Positions 28,256 to 38,222 of a stretch of DNA of 64,000 bases are shown piece by piece (the stretch's first letter is position 1; the number at the start of each line of letters is the position of its first letter). This DNA is from Patescibacteria group bacterium. GTDB taxonomy: Bacteria > Patescibacteriota > UBA1384 > XYA2-FULL-43-10 > 1-14-0-10-43-13. The stretch is from NCBI GenBank assembly GCA_038078835.1, contig JBBTQI010000001.1:722-64721 (forward strand), written 5' to 3'. Under the pieces are notes generated by a model. It ran no database searches, was not told the origin of the DNA, and worked only from the letters and a program-made list of their open reading frames with translations. The position numbers and the translations under genes are program-made.

Positions 28256-30580
28256 TTATTTATTTCGAGCAAATAGATATACCCCGATAAGAATCGAGGC
28301 GAGAGATAAGACGCCCCCAACTAGCAAATAGGGCTGCTTATATTGCAGTGTGATCTCGTGCTCTCCCCGATTAAGACAAAATCCCATAAGACCGCCGTCT
28401 ATTTTGTAAACATCGGCTTTTTCTCCATCAATCTCAACCTTCCACCCCTTGTCATAAGGAAGGGATAAGAACATCATACCAGGAATATCGGCGCTCAGTC
28501 TCCCCCTGAGTCGTGTCGGGCTCTGCTCGTAAAGTTCCACCCCGTTGGAACGTGCTTTTTTAAGCTCCCGATTAAAGTCAAAATTAGTTAAAAACTTATT
28601 GAGCTCCCCTTGGCCACTTTTTTTCAGACCGCAAACCGTCTCCCCTGCGTCCGAGACAAAATGGCCGAGGAGAGCGATGTCTTTTTGCGAATCGCTCAGA
28701 TTCTTAAAGGTTGGCGAATTGATAAAGCGATCGTAAACAAAGCCGGTTGGCAAAATATTATTATTGCGATAGAGATAAAGATCACCAAAAGATCCTATCA
28801 GTTCATGGCCATCATATGTTGCGGTTGGCAGTTTGCTTAAAAAGTATTTAACGCCCAACAGGTTTCTGACAAGATTCCTGTTGCCAAAACCGGCGAACGC
28901 CCGGTAAGCAAAACTGCCGTCAATCATATTCAAGCTCCTCAAAAAATCAACATAGGATCTCTGGACGAGAGATTGATAAAAATCCGTGCCTTTGTATGCC
29001 TGAATAAGAGAATCGTTGCAGCAAAAAACCGATTTGTAATCCTTGTCAACCCGGTAAAAGCTCGGATCGGCATTTTTAATGTAGTCGATCGCCTCGTTGG
29101 AATAGTCGTTGTACCCCGCCTTTTCCTTGAGCGTGAGCGGAGTAAGCGTCTCGCGGAAATTCACCACGCCAAAAGAAAAGAATATCAATTCGGTCACAAA
29201 AGCAAACAGGAGCAAACCCCTAACCATCCGCTTTTTCTCGCCGTGAAGCAAGAGAAGCAAAATCAGATAAATCAGTAAAAAGATATCAGCGGCAGCCAGC
29301 ATTCTGACGTTAATGATTGATCTCTCGGGTGCAAGAAGGTAGAGAAGGATCGGGATAAGCGAGAGAAAGAGAAAGGTCATCGTCAAAACTCTTTTATTCA
29401 GTACATCAGTCTTAAGAATCCTATCCAGGACAATGACGGCGGCAAAGATCAAAATAAAATCTACGAAGAAGGAGTTTAATTTGTAGTAATCGGCCGAAAA
29501 ACCGATTGTTGCCGACCGGAAAAGAGGAACAAAAAGATAGAGAAGAACGAAAACGAAGAGGGGGAGAAACGGCAAGATTTTTTTCCTGTTGGCCGCGGTC
29601 AATAATTGCGACAGCAGCAACAGCGGCAACACTCCGATGTAGAGACCGGGACCCTCAAAATAATTTGACCAGCCTCTATAATTATTGATCCCGCCCAAAG
29701 CGTCATTTGAGAAAAAACGAAGAAATTGCGTGTAAAACTCTTGGAAGCCAATAAAAAATCTGAAATCCAGCAGGATGGAGGATTCAGCAAATCGCAAACT
29801 GCTCAAAAGAGTTACGAGGTTGGGTAAAAAAATGATAAATCCCCCCCCCACACCCAAAGTGCAGTAAAAAAGTAATCTGAGGTGAAAAGCGCAAAACTCT
29901 CTCAGAATCAAATGTTGCGTCGCCCCAAAACGATAAATGGAATAAACTATCAGGAGAAGAAAGTAAGCAAATACCAGAAACGGACTATAACCAGCCAACC
30001 AAAGAAAAGCCAGGGAAAGATACAACCGTTTTTTTCTCTGCAGGAAAACCTCATAAGCCATAAGGAGCAAGGGGAAGAAGGCCATCTCGGTACCATAATA
30101 ATACCAGCCAGAGCGGATGATCATCGGACCGGAGAAGACATAGGCCAGTGCTCCAACTAGGGCTGCAAATCCGGAAATTCTAATATAATTCTTCAGGTAA
30201 AGATAAAAGAAAATTCCGGCCAGAAATATTTTTAGGACTATGACATAAGATAACAGGTAAACTAAAGAGTCGGGGCGAAAAAGGAAGAGAAGCAGGTTAA
30301 AGGGATCGAACGGGCTGCCTCCGTACAGTGCACCGGAAAAAATGTTTGAACCCAATCCGACACTGTGTGACCAGAGAGGAAAGTGACCAGCTCTGACCAA
30401 ACCGGAAAAGTATTCCAAATTCGGCCAAAGCTGGAGCCAAACATCCTTTCCGGCGTCGGTATAGATAAACACCCTCTTTAATGTCAAGAAGTCCCAAAAA
30501 AGAATGACGAGAGCGGCCAAGATAATCACCGCCGCTAAAACAAACGGCCGACCTCTCAATTTTTTCCAAAATATGATCAT
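28256..30580 (-). CDS. YfhO-family GT-C membrane glycosyltransferase
   Basis: 774 aa polytopic protein. C-terminus YDKGWKVEIDGEKADVYKIDGGLMGFCLNRGEHEITLQYKQPYLLVGGVLSLASIL matches the characteristic YfhO C-terminal pattern. Confidence 0.65.
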   Translation of the reverse strand: MIIFWKKLRGRPFVLAAVIILAALVILFWDFLTLKRVFIYTDAGKDVWLQLWPNLEYFSGLVRAGHFPLWSHSVGLGSNIFSGALYGGSPFDPFNLLLFLFRPDSLVYLLSYVIVLKIFLAGIFFYLYLKNYIRISGFAALVGALAYVFSGPMIIRSGWYYYGTEMAFFPLLLMAYEVFLQRKKRLYLSLAFLWLAGYSPFLVFAYFLLLIVYSIYRFGATQHLILREFCAFHLRLLFYCTLGVGGGFIIFLPNLVTLLSSLRFAESSILLDFRFFIGFQEFYTQFLRFFSNDALGGINNYRGWSNYFEGPGLYIGVLPLLLLSQLLTAANRKKILPFLPLFVFVLLYLFVPLFRSATIGFSADYYKLNSFFVDFILIFAAVIVLDRILKTDVLNKRVLTMTFLFLSLIPILLYLLAPERSIINVRMLAAADIFLLIYLILLLLLHGEKKRMVRGLLLFAFVTELIFFSFGVVNFRETLTPLTLKEKAGYNDYSNEAIDYIKNADPSFYRVDKDYKSVFCCNDSLIQAYKGTDFYQSLVQRSYVDFLRSLNMIDGSFAYRAFAGFGNRNLVRNLLGVKYFLSKLPTATYDGHELIGSFGDLYLYRNNNILPTGFVYDRFINSPTFKNLSDSQKDIALLGHFVSDAGETVCGLKKSGQGELNKFLTNFDFNRELKKARSNGVELYEQSPTRLRGRLSADIPGMMFLSLPYDKGWKVEIDGEKADVYKIDGGLMGFCLNRGEHEITLQYKQPYLLVGGVLSLASILIGVYLFARNK

Positions 30581-30654
30581 TTTTTGTGTTGGCGGATGGA
30601 AAACTATCTTATCGATTGTACAGTCACCACCAGAGGTGGTGGATAGATATCATT

Positions 30655-31629
30655 CTATTCAGCCAATTTAATTGATTTTAACCATCTCCTGTTTTCTTTA
30701 TACCACTCTAGGGTCATCTTAAGCCCTTCATCGAAGGTTACTTTTGGGCTCCAACCGAGAAGTTTCTTCGCTTTGGTAATGTCGGCCTGGGTATTGGGTA
30801 TATCGGCTTTATCGATCGGCTTTCGGATAATCTTAGCTCTCTTGCCAAGATACTCCTCAGTTTTGGCAATCAGATAATTAATCGCCACCGGATTGTTGCT
30901 TCCACCAAGATTAATAATTTCGTACCCAATTTTTTTTAATGCCAGAATGGTTCCCAGCGCCACGTCGTCGACATAGGTAAAATCCCGCCCTTGGGAACCG
31001 TCGCCATAGAGCACAATCGGAAACCCCTCATCTATTGATTTGATAAAGCGAAAATAACTCATATCCGGCCGGCCGGCCGGCCCGTAGACAGTAAAATAGC
31101 GCAAGATTGAGACATCTATTTGGTGCAAGTAATGATACGTGTATGACATTACCTCCGCCGCTTTTTTAGAAGCGGCATAAGGTGAAATTGGCAGACTTGT
31201 GTCGTTTACTTCACTAAATGGCAATTCCTGGCCGGCGTACAGAGAAGACGTTGAGGCCGTTACCAGCTTCTTAACCCCCGAGACTCTCATTCCCTCCAAG
31301 ATATTAAGTGTGCCGAGAACGTTTGCCTGCACATAAATATGTGGATCCTTGACGCTCTGTCTCACCCCGGCCATGCCGCCTAGGTGGATGACGGCGGCAA
31401 AATCATTCTCCTCGAAGAGTTTGTCAATCGAAATTCTGTTTAGAAAATCGATCTTTTTAAATCTGAAGTCGTTCCACCTTTTAAGCCTTTTCAGGCGATA
31501 ATTTTTTAATCTGACGTCGTAGTAATCATTTAAATTATCTATGCCAAAAACAGCACTCCCTTTTTCGAGAAGCATTTCGGTCGTTCGGTGTCCGATAAAG
31601 CCACAGCAACCCGTGACTAAGATTCTCAT
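30655..31629 (-). CDS. NAD-dependent nucleotide-sugar epimerase, UDP-glucuronate 4-epimerase-like (WbnF/Cap1J type)
   Basis: MRILVTGCCGFIGHRTTEMLL...NDYYDVRLKNYRL...YAASKKAAE (GxxGxxG, YxxxK). The DYYDVxLK motif is typical of UDP-GlcA 4-epimerases. Confidence 0.7.
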   Translation of the reverse strand: MRILVTGCCGFIGHRTTEMLLEKGSAVFGIDNLNDYYDVRLKNYRLKRLKRWNDFRFKKIDFLNRISIDKLFEENDFAAVIHLGGMAGVRQSVKDPHIYVQANVLGTLNILEGMRVSGVKKLVTASTSSLYAGQELPFSEVNDTSLPISPYAASKKAAEVMSYTYHYLHQIDVSILRYFTVYGPAGRPDMSYFRFIKSIDEGFPIVLYGDGSQGRDFTYVDDVALGTILALKKIGYEIINLGGSNNPVAINYLIAKTEEYLGKRAKIIRKPIDKADIPNTQADITKAKKLLGWSPKVTFDEGLKMTLEWYKENRRWLKSIKLAE

Positions 31630-31704
31630 TGTCGATTAATCCCCCAAATCAATAAATCTCTGCTACTTAATTCGCATAGTGGGATTATAACAAAATTCTG
31701 GTTG

Positions 31705-32820
31705 TTATAAAATATGATTTAAAATATCAAGGATTCTTTGGGCTGAATTTCCGTCACCATACGGATTAACAATGCGAGACATTGCCAAGTATCCCTCCTT
31801 TTCCCGAAAGAGCTCTGAAACCACATCAACTATCTTCTTGCTGTGCAGCCCGACAAGGAGGGCGCTACCGGCTTTGATACCCTCGCTTCTCTCGGTGTTC
31901 ACTCTGGTGATCAGCACGGGCTTGCCCAAAGACGGCGCTTCCTCTTGGATACCGCCGGAGTCGGTTATTATCAAATAAGACTGCTTCATCAGCCAAATAA
32001 AACTGGGGTAATCGAGAGGCCCTAAAAGATGCACGCGCTTAACACCCTCCAATATCTCCTTTGTGGCGGCACGAACGTTGGGATTGGGATGAACCGGGTA
32101 GATTATCTCGGCGGAGAATTTTCGGCTGATCTCCTTAATTGCCATGCAAACCTCCCGCAAAGGCTGCCCGAAACTCTCACGGCGATGGCCGGTCACAAGG
32201 ATTATCCTCTTACCAAAATCAATCATTCGAAACGAGTCTTTAATCGCCTCTTCCTTCTTGCCTTTTATAATATTCAGCCCTAAAAATAAAGCGTCGATAA
32301 CCGTGTTTCCGGTGAGCCAGACATTTTTGGTTATCCCCTCTCGGCTTAGATTTTTCACCGACTGCTCCGTCGGAGCAAAGTGCAGGTCGGCCAATCTGGA
32401 AATTAAACAACGGTTCATCTCCTCCGGAAAGGGCGAGTATTTAGCGTGACTTCTTAGGCCCGCTTCAATATGGCCAACTCTAACTTTTTCATAATAGGCA
32501 GCTAGGGCGGCGGCAAAGGCGGTGGCAGTATCGCCCTGAACCAAAACCAGATCCGGTTTTGTTCTCCTGATAACCCCCTTGACCTGAAGCAGACAGGCGG
32601 AGGTGATGTCAAATAAGTCCTGATTCTGCCGCATTAAATTCAACTCAAAATCCGGCTTGATGCCGAAAAAATCCAGAACTTGCTTTAGCATCTCCTGATG
32701 CTGGCCTGTCGAACAGATTACCGCCCTCAAACTATGACTCGGTTTCAATTTTTTGATTAGAGGCGCTACTTTAATCGCTTCCGGCCTCGTTCCGAAGATG
32801 AATAATATTCTTTTCATCAA
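31705..32820 (-). CDS. wecB: UDP-N-acetylglucosamine 2-epimerase (non-hydrolysing)
   Basis: MMKRILFIFGTRPEAIKVAPL...VGHIEAGLRS...DSGGIQEEAPSLGKPVL, hallmark WecB/MnaA motifs. Confidence 0.85.
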   Translation of the reverse strand: MMKRILFIFGTRPEAIKVAPLIKKLKPSHSLRAVICSTGQHQEMLKQVLDFFGIKPDFELNLMRQNQDLFDITSACLLQVKGVIRRTKPDLVLVQGDTATAFAAALAAYYEKVRVGHIEAGLRSHAKYSPFPEEMNRCLISRLADLHFAPTEQSVKNLSREGITKNVWLTGNTVIDALFLGLNIIKGKKEEAIKDSFRMIDFGKRIILVTGHRRESFGQPLREVCMAIKEISRKFSAEIIYPVHPNPNVRAATKEILEGVKRVHLLGPLDYPSFIWLMKQSYLIITDSGGIQEEAPSLGKPVLITRVNTERSEGIKAGSALLVGLHSKKIVDVVSELFREKEGYLAMSRIVNPYGDGNSAQRILDILNHIL

Positions 32821-33686
32821 TCCTCGTCTTTTCTGGCGACAATATTAGCAGGGTAATGCATCTCCAGTAAACTCAGGAGGCTGGCAAGCAAACGATTCAG
32901 TTTTAGGCGGATAAAAATGCTGGCAACTCTCTTGAGAGTTGCGGTTTGTCCCCAGCCGGGTACCTTGCCTGGCCGGAATCGGTATTTAAACAACCCTTTT
33001 CCGGTATCAATAACTTCATAAGAGGCTTTTTTTAGTAATTTTTTTACCTTTCCGATCGTGACAAAATTAACTTCATCTAGAAACTTGATATTTTTGCCAT
33101 GGATTGTAAGCCATAATTTAAAACAGGACTTGCCTAAAAAGAGAGGAAAAAAAATGGCGTAATGAGGCTCCCAAAAGGAGTTGTAATTGGGAAAAACAAG
33201 GTACAAATACGAACCTTTTTTTGACACCCTTTTACACTCCTCAATAACTTTATCTACGTCCTGAACGTGTTCTAGTGCTTGAAAAGAAATAACGAGATCA
33301 AAGATATCTTTGCCAAAAGGCAAATCCTCGCCGGGTGCCTGCCAAACCGGCACCTTCTTGATACCCTCCAGTTTAAATCGCCTTTGAATTATTTCAAAAC
33401 ATTCGCGATCAGGTTCTATCCCCGAGTATAAATAACCTTTTTTGGTTAAAAAGAGACCCATGTTTCCAAACCCGGCGCCAACTTCTAATATTTTCCATTT
33501 TTTGCTTATAGGAATATATTTCTCAAGTATTGAAAGCCGTTCCTCTTCCTTCTTGTCGTTCAGGGTTTCGTTAACCAATATTTTCCAGTCAGCAGCAATA
33601 CCCTGATAATTCATCTTATAGAAACGCATGATTAGGTTTCTTGTCTCCTTGATTTTCTCCTTACTTGCCGAATCGATCTTGCTCAT
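32817..33686 (-). CDS. Class I SAM-dependent methyltransferase
   Basis: ILEVGAGFGNMGLFL...FDLVISFQALEHVQD (motifs I and II). Confidence 0.75.
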   Translation of the reverse strand: MSKIDSASKEKIKETRNLIMRFYKMNYQGIAADWKILVNETLNDKKEEERLSILEKYIPISKKWKILEVGAGFGNMGLFLTKKGYLYSGIEPDRECFEIIQRRFKLEGIKKVPVWQAPGEDLPFGKDIFDLVISFQALEHVQDVDKVIEECKRVSKKGSYLYLVFPNYNSFWEPHYAIFFPLFLGKSCFKLWLTIHGKNIKFLDEVNFVTIGKVKKLLKKASYEVIDTGKGLFKYRFRPGKVPGWGQTATLKRVASIFIRLKLNRLLASLLSLLEMHYPANIVARKDED

Positions 33687-35248
33687 CTTTTTCCTACTCT
33701 GCTTAAATCAGTAAAGTTTAGCGCCTGACTGTTTTTATTTATAGTTCGGCAGATTTCTTTCAGATTTTCTATAACCATCGGCTGGGCGAGACCACTCAAG
33801 GGATTAACGGGATAAACATGGCAGTGGGCCGGGTTACCGCCAATAACTTTTGTGTGACTTACGATTGTTAAAACAGTCCCGTGGTATTGAAATATTTTAT
33901 TAAGATAATTTAACAATTGGTTTAATTTTTTTCTGTTTTTTGTCCTGAGATACTCATCAATGAAAAGGCAGGGGTATTCCTGTAAATTTGCCAAAGAGAG
34001 CTTGCCGGCTTTCTCACTGAACAAATAGTAAGGAATAGGAGGCGAGGGGTTCTCTATTTTAAGAAGATCGGAAGAATCAGCATATCCCATTTCGGCCAAG
34101 TAACCGACCACTTGACTGGAGCGTCGAAAACCAGGGTGACGATGAAATCTTGTAAATTTAATCCCCTCCTTACCGAAAAAATTTGCCAAACCTTTTATTT
34201 GTCGATTTAATTCCCCCCTACTAAACTCACCCCTAATTCCCAACTTCGCTTTTGGAACATGATTTTTAACACTCCAAATCAGGAGACGAAATAATTGTGG
34301 CAGATCCCCCCCCGAATTAAAAAAATATTTCATCTTTGGCAAAAACCCCATCGGTTGGCAGTGAGAGTTGCCATAAAGAAGCCATCTTTGATGATCCAGG
34401 GAGTGGGTTCCAACCGAAACTTGCTCGCTTGACGAGAGTGATCTCAAAAAGGAAACATTATCTTCCGGTTTGGCAAGCGCGTTTCCAAAGGCGTCTTTGG
34501 ACTCCTGACGCAGATCGCTCCCTGTTACCATGAACGTCGGGCGGATTCCCAGGTTGGTCAACCTCTTGATACTTTCCCTAACCAAAACATTCGATCGCAT
34601 GTCGTCGCATTCGTTTTTGTCTCCTTTTAACTCGGTGCAAACCGCATTTTTATTATCATAATAGATGTGCTGATCTTCGGCGTCAACGGTAAAAAGTGTA
34701 ATCGGTTCCTGATTTGACAGAGATAGATTCCAAAATTTTTCCAGAAGTGATCGATGGAAATGAAGAATAGCACAAACCCTGCTGGGATTAATCTTGCCTG
34801 ACGCATATGCGAGAATTTCCTCAAAATAATCAGCTAAAAACTGGGGGCGTACCCAAGCATTATCATCCCTTTTAATAACTAAACTGTCTCCAGAGAAAAA
34901 AAATTCTCCGGGAACTTCCTCTGTCAATCTGGTTTCGCCCAGATTATAATCAAATGACCTGCTTTTGGTTAAATTGCACATCTTCCCCTTAAGAGATATT
35001 GGAAAAAAAATTGCCTTATTTACTTTTTCAAGATAAGGACGGAGATCACTCTCAAATCCGATAAAAAAACTGCTTCTTTTCTTGTTTTTTATTAATTTAA
35101 GTGAGCAAAATTCTGGAACCTCGGCAATACTCCTTAAAATCGAGGCCAGAGCTAAAGCAGATTTTTTAACTGTCAGGTCATCACTTGTTAGGAAACAACA
35201 AAATTGTCTTGAGTTGCCTTTCGGTAATATTATCTCTATTTTGTTCAT
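33683..35248 (-). CDS. Unknown 520 aa protein with divergent CE4 (NodB-like) deacetylase motifs
   Basis: FTVDAEDQ and GTHSLDHQ resemble the TFDDG and HSxxH motifs of CE4. ATG at 35246-35248 forms an ATGA overlap with the upstream methyltransferase stop. Confidence 0.4.
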   Translation of the reverse strand: MNKIEIILPKGNSRQFCCFLTSDDLTVKKSALALASILRSIAEVPEFCSLKLIKNKKRSSFFIGFESDLRPYLEKVNKAIFFPISLKGKMCNLTKSRSFDYNLGETRLTEEVPGEFFFSGDSLVIKRDDNAWVRPQFLADYFEEILAYASGKINPSRVCAILHFHRSLLEKFWNLSLSNQEPITLFTVDAEDQHIYYDNKNAVCTELKGDKNECDDMRSNVLVRESIKRLTNLGIRPTFMVTGSDLRQESKDAFGNALAKPEDNVSFLRSLSSSEQVSVGTHSLDHQRWLLYGNSHCQPMGFLPKMKYFFNSGGDLPQLFRLLIWSVKNHVPKAKLGIRGEFSRGELNRQIKGLANFFGKEGIKFTRFHRHPGFRRSSQVVGYLAEMGYADSSDLLKIENPSPPIPYYLFSEKAGKLSLANLQEYPCLFIDEYLRTKNRKKLNQLLNYLNKIFQYHGTVLTIVSHTKVIGGNPAHCHVYPVNPLSGLAQPMVIENLKEICRTINKNSQALNFTDLSRVGKR

Positions 35249-36039
35249 TGGCACCTTTGTTTTCTAAATTTTATTATTACCTCTGTCCCGAAAGTAGAGA
35301 AAAATAACTGGCAAAACGAAGCTAGAAATAAAAAACTCGGATAGAGTACAGCTATAGCTGTTTCATATTTGAACCCCAATCTGGAGAGCAGATAAGCGCC
35401 TTTTGACATGTGATAGAAAAGATTAAATGGTAGATACTTTTTCAACAATTCAGTCCGGAATCCCTCTTTGGCCACGATACCCTTAATCTTCTCCAAATCA
35501 AATCCCCAGTGAAGAGTTTTTGCTCCGGACAACTTTTTGTATGGTAAATAAGTTTTACGAAAATTAAGAGGAATTCCCAAATAATAAGTACCGCCGGGAT
35601 TCACGAGTCTGGCTGTCTTTTTTAGAAAATCTTTCGGTTCCACAAGGTAGTCAAGCACACCCAAACACAGTACGGTGTCAAACCGCTGAGTCAAACCTAG
35701 ATCTTGATCGAGGTTTTTTTGAATCGTTTTTATGGGCAACGAATGAAGTTTGGCGTAACCAGAGAGTAAGCTGAGAGTCTTTTTAGAAATATCAATTGCC
35801 ATTACTCTCTTACGGCTTAAGCCGTAAAGCAGACTAAACTCCCCCAGACCGCAACCGACATCCAGAACATTTTTAATTTGAGACATGTCCCCTTGCATTT
35901 TCGGCCACAACATCTTTAACCGGAAGTGTTTTCCCAAAAACGGTAAACCCCAAAGGGATAGATATAGATTTATTAATAATGATGATTTCTTCTCTCCGGC
36001 CAAGACGTAACGATAATATTTTTTAAGCCCTGCTTTCAC
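35245..36039 (-). CDS. Class I SAM-dependent methyltransferase
   Basis: VLDVGCGLGEFSLLYG...FDTVLCLGVLDYLVEP...VNPGGTYYL. Confidence 0.75.
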   Translation of the reverse strand: MKAGLKKYYRYVLAGEKKSSLLINLYLSLWGLPFLGKHFRLKMLWPKMQGDMSQIKNVLDVGCGLGEFSLLYGLSRKRVMAIDISKKTLSLLSGYAKLHSLPIKTIQKNLDQDLGLTQRFDTVLCLGVLDYLVEPKDFLKKTARLVNPGGTYYLGIPLNFRKTYLPYKKLSGAKTLHWGFDLEKIKGIVAKEGFRTELLKKYLPFNLFYHMSKGAYLLSRLGFKYETAIAVLYPSFLFLASFCQLFFSTFGTEVIIKFRKQRCQ

Positions 36040-37267
36040 TCTCTCTTCTTTCGTTCTCTTTTATTATTTGCCAATAAAGATCAATCAATCTCTTACTGTT
36101 CTCCTCCCAAGAAAAACTTTTCGCCCTCAATCTTGCTTTGTTCTGATAGCTTTTCCAATTATTCTTCTCTCTTATAGCCTTAACTATTCCCTCTGCCAGC
36201 GCCTGAGAGCTATTTGGCCGAACTAATATGCCGACATTATCACTGAGCATTTTGTCGCAGTCGGAAATTGATGTTGCCACAATAACTTTGCCCATAGCCA
36301 TATACTCGGGAAGTTGTGAAACGAAACCGCCGCGGGTAATTTCATTATCTTTACGGGGAGAAACGAGAATATCGGCAATCGTTAAATACTCTTTAACCTC
36401 ATTATGAGGCACCATCCCTAAGAAAGTGCAATGTTTTACAATACCCAGCCTCTCTGTCATCTGCTGATAATATTCCTTGCCCAAGCCCCCATCACCCAAA
36501 ATTGCCAAACGAAAGCGCACCCTCTGTCTTTTTAGTTTCGTCAATGCTTTGAGTAAAATATCCAAACCCTGATAATCTTTGAGGGTGCCAGCATACATAA
36601 TCAGCGGGGCATTATCCGGCTTAAGTTGCCCAATTTCCGACGGTACCCCCGAAGACAAAGCAAAACGCCTTAAAAGAACATAATCAGAAAACACCTCTGC
36701 TTTAGATTTATTCTTAATCCGAGTAGACACATATGTGCGAAGTCCCTCCGATGTTACCAGTAACCGACTGCAAAATGCATACATTACCTTCTCGGCAACA
36801 ACAAACATCCAGATGATCGGGCGAAAGTTGGGGATCATTTTATAATGCATCAACTCGGGTAGCAACGGCCCGTGTAAGTCAGCAATGATAGGTAAGCGGC
36901 GCCAAGCACGCATGGAGGCCAATATGGCAATCAGGACACCTTCGGGGGTATGCCCATGGAGAAGACTTAATCTTCCTTGACGAATATCACTAGCCACCAA
37001 TCCGGCCAACTCCCAATCAAGCATCAGTTTGCCCAACCAAGAGTAGTATCGATAATAATCATCCGTTTTAAGTTGTCGTCTGGCGAACACGATTGTCGCC
37101 CCGGAAATGCGAATTGATTTTGTCCTTGTCGCCGCTTGGGCACAATAGAGTCTCATTGCAACTCTTCTACCAAGTACTTCAACTTCATTTTGGACTCTGA
37201 TGCCGGCCGCTTTGTGCGGCGGAAAAGGCATCGCGGCGATCATGCCTACAGTGATTTTTTGCTTCAT
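36023..37267 (-). CDS. Glycosyltransferase family 1 (GT4)
   Basis: C-terminal GT4 domain (LIMYAGTLKDYQGLDIL...VSPRKDNEITRGGFVSQLPEYMAMGKVIV). N-terminal start uncertain. The annotated ORF overlaps the upstream gene by about 80 nt. Confidence 0.7.
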   Translation of the reverse strand: MKQKITVGMIAAMPFPPHKAAGIRVQNEVEVLGRRVAMRLYCAQAATRTKSIRISGATIVFARRQLKTDDYYRYYSWLGKLMLDWELAGLVASDIRQGRLSLLHGHTPEGVLIAILASMRAWRRLPIIADLHGPLLPELMHYKMIPNFRPIIWMFVVAEKVMYAFCSRLLVTSEGLRTYVSTRIKNKSKAEVFSDYVLLRRFALSSGVPSEIGQLKPDNAPLIMYAGTLKDYQGLDILLKALTKLKRQRVRFRLAILGDGGLGKEYYQQMTERLGIVKHCTFLGMVPHNEVKEYLTIADILVSPRKDNEITRGGFVSQLPEYMAMGKVIVATSISDCDKMLSDNVGILVRPNSSQALAEGIVKAIREKNNWKSYQNKARLRAKSFSWEENSKRLIDLYWQIIKENERRESESRA

Positions 37268-38222
37268 TTAATCTCCATTGATAAATCGCTCGAACCACAT
37301 AAGGCTGTTTGCCCTGAGATTCGTAATAAGTCCTCATCAATAACTCTGCTAAAATACCGGTTAAAACGAGCTGGGCACCAACAATTAAAAACATCGCTCC
37401 AACCACCGGCAGTGGAGTCGCGATAAATGAGCGGCCATCAACCACCTTCAGTATCACCGCCCAAAACTCAAAACCTGATCCTACAGCAAAAGCACAAAAA
37501 CCATATTTACCAAAAAAGTGAACCGGCCGACTCATATAAGAGTGAAGAAAACGTATAACCAACAAATCAAGTATTACCTTAAAGACCCGGGAAAAACCAT
37601 AATTACTCTTGCCAAAACGACGAGGCCGATGATTGACAATAATCTCGGTTACTCGTCCTCCCGACCAAGCAGCGAAAACCGAGATAAACCGATGCATCTC
37701 ACCGTAAAGAGGGACACCCTCAATTATCTCTCGCTTGTAGGCTTTGAGCGAGCAACCATTGTCGTGTAGCCTTACTCTGGTTGCCCGAGTAATAATCCAG
37801 TTAGCTATCTGTGATGGCAAAACACGCAAAAAAGAATCTTTTCGTTTTTTCCGCCAACCTGAAACAACAGAGTAACCCTTACTGATTTCTTTTAATAGCC
37901 TTGGGATATCTTTGGGGTCATTCTGAAGATCCCCATCTATTGGTATTATAATATCGCCGCTTGAAAGAGCGATGCCGGCTGAAAGTGCAGCAGTCTGGCC
38001 GAAATTCCTAGCGAAATCAATGATTTTAATTTTATCATTCTTCTTGGCCGCTTTAATTAACTCACTCAAACTATCGTCCGTTGAAGCATCGTTAATGCAT
38101 ACTATTTCATAAGAACTTTTAAGATTATCAAGAACACTTCGCAATTCTCGAAGAAGAATGGGGAGATTTTTCTCCTCATTAAAGACGGGTATTATTACAG
38201 AAATATCCTGATTGCTTTTCAT
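37185..38222 (-). CDS. GT2 polyprenyl-phosphate glycosyltransferase (GtrB/CsbB/ArnC-like) with C-terminal TM helices
   Basis: ISVIIPVFNEEKNLPIL...VCINDASTDDS...IPIDGDLQNDP plus two C-terminal TM helices, as in bactoprenol glucosyltransferases. Confidence 0.75.
   Translation of the reverse strand: MKSNQDISVIIPVFNEEKNLPILLRELRSVLDNLKSSYEIVCINDASTDDSLSELIKAAKKNDKIKIIDFARNFGQTAALSAGIALSSGDIIIPIDGDLQNDPKDIPRLLKEISKGYSVVSGWRKKRKDSFLRVLPSQIANWIITRATRVRLHDNGCSLKAYKREIIEGVPLYGEMHRFISVFAAWSGGRVTEIIVNHRPRRFGKSNYGFSRVFKVILDLLVIRFLHSYMSRPVHFFGKYGFCAFAVGSGFEFWAVILKVVDGRSFIATPLPVVGAMFLIVGAQLVLTGILAELLMRTYYESQGKQPYVVRAIYQWRLNEAKNHCRHDRRDAFSAAQSGRHQSPK

Noticed and set aside
30625-30645. CACCACC-AGAG-GGTGGTG hairpin downstream of the UDP-GlcA epimerase-like gene as an intrinsic terminator
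   Set aside because: The 7-bp stem is short and no U-tract follows on the transcribed strand. Noted only as a weak candidate.
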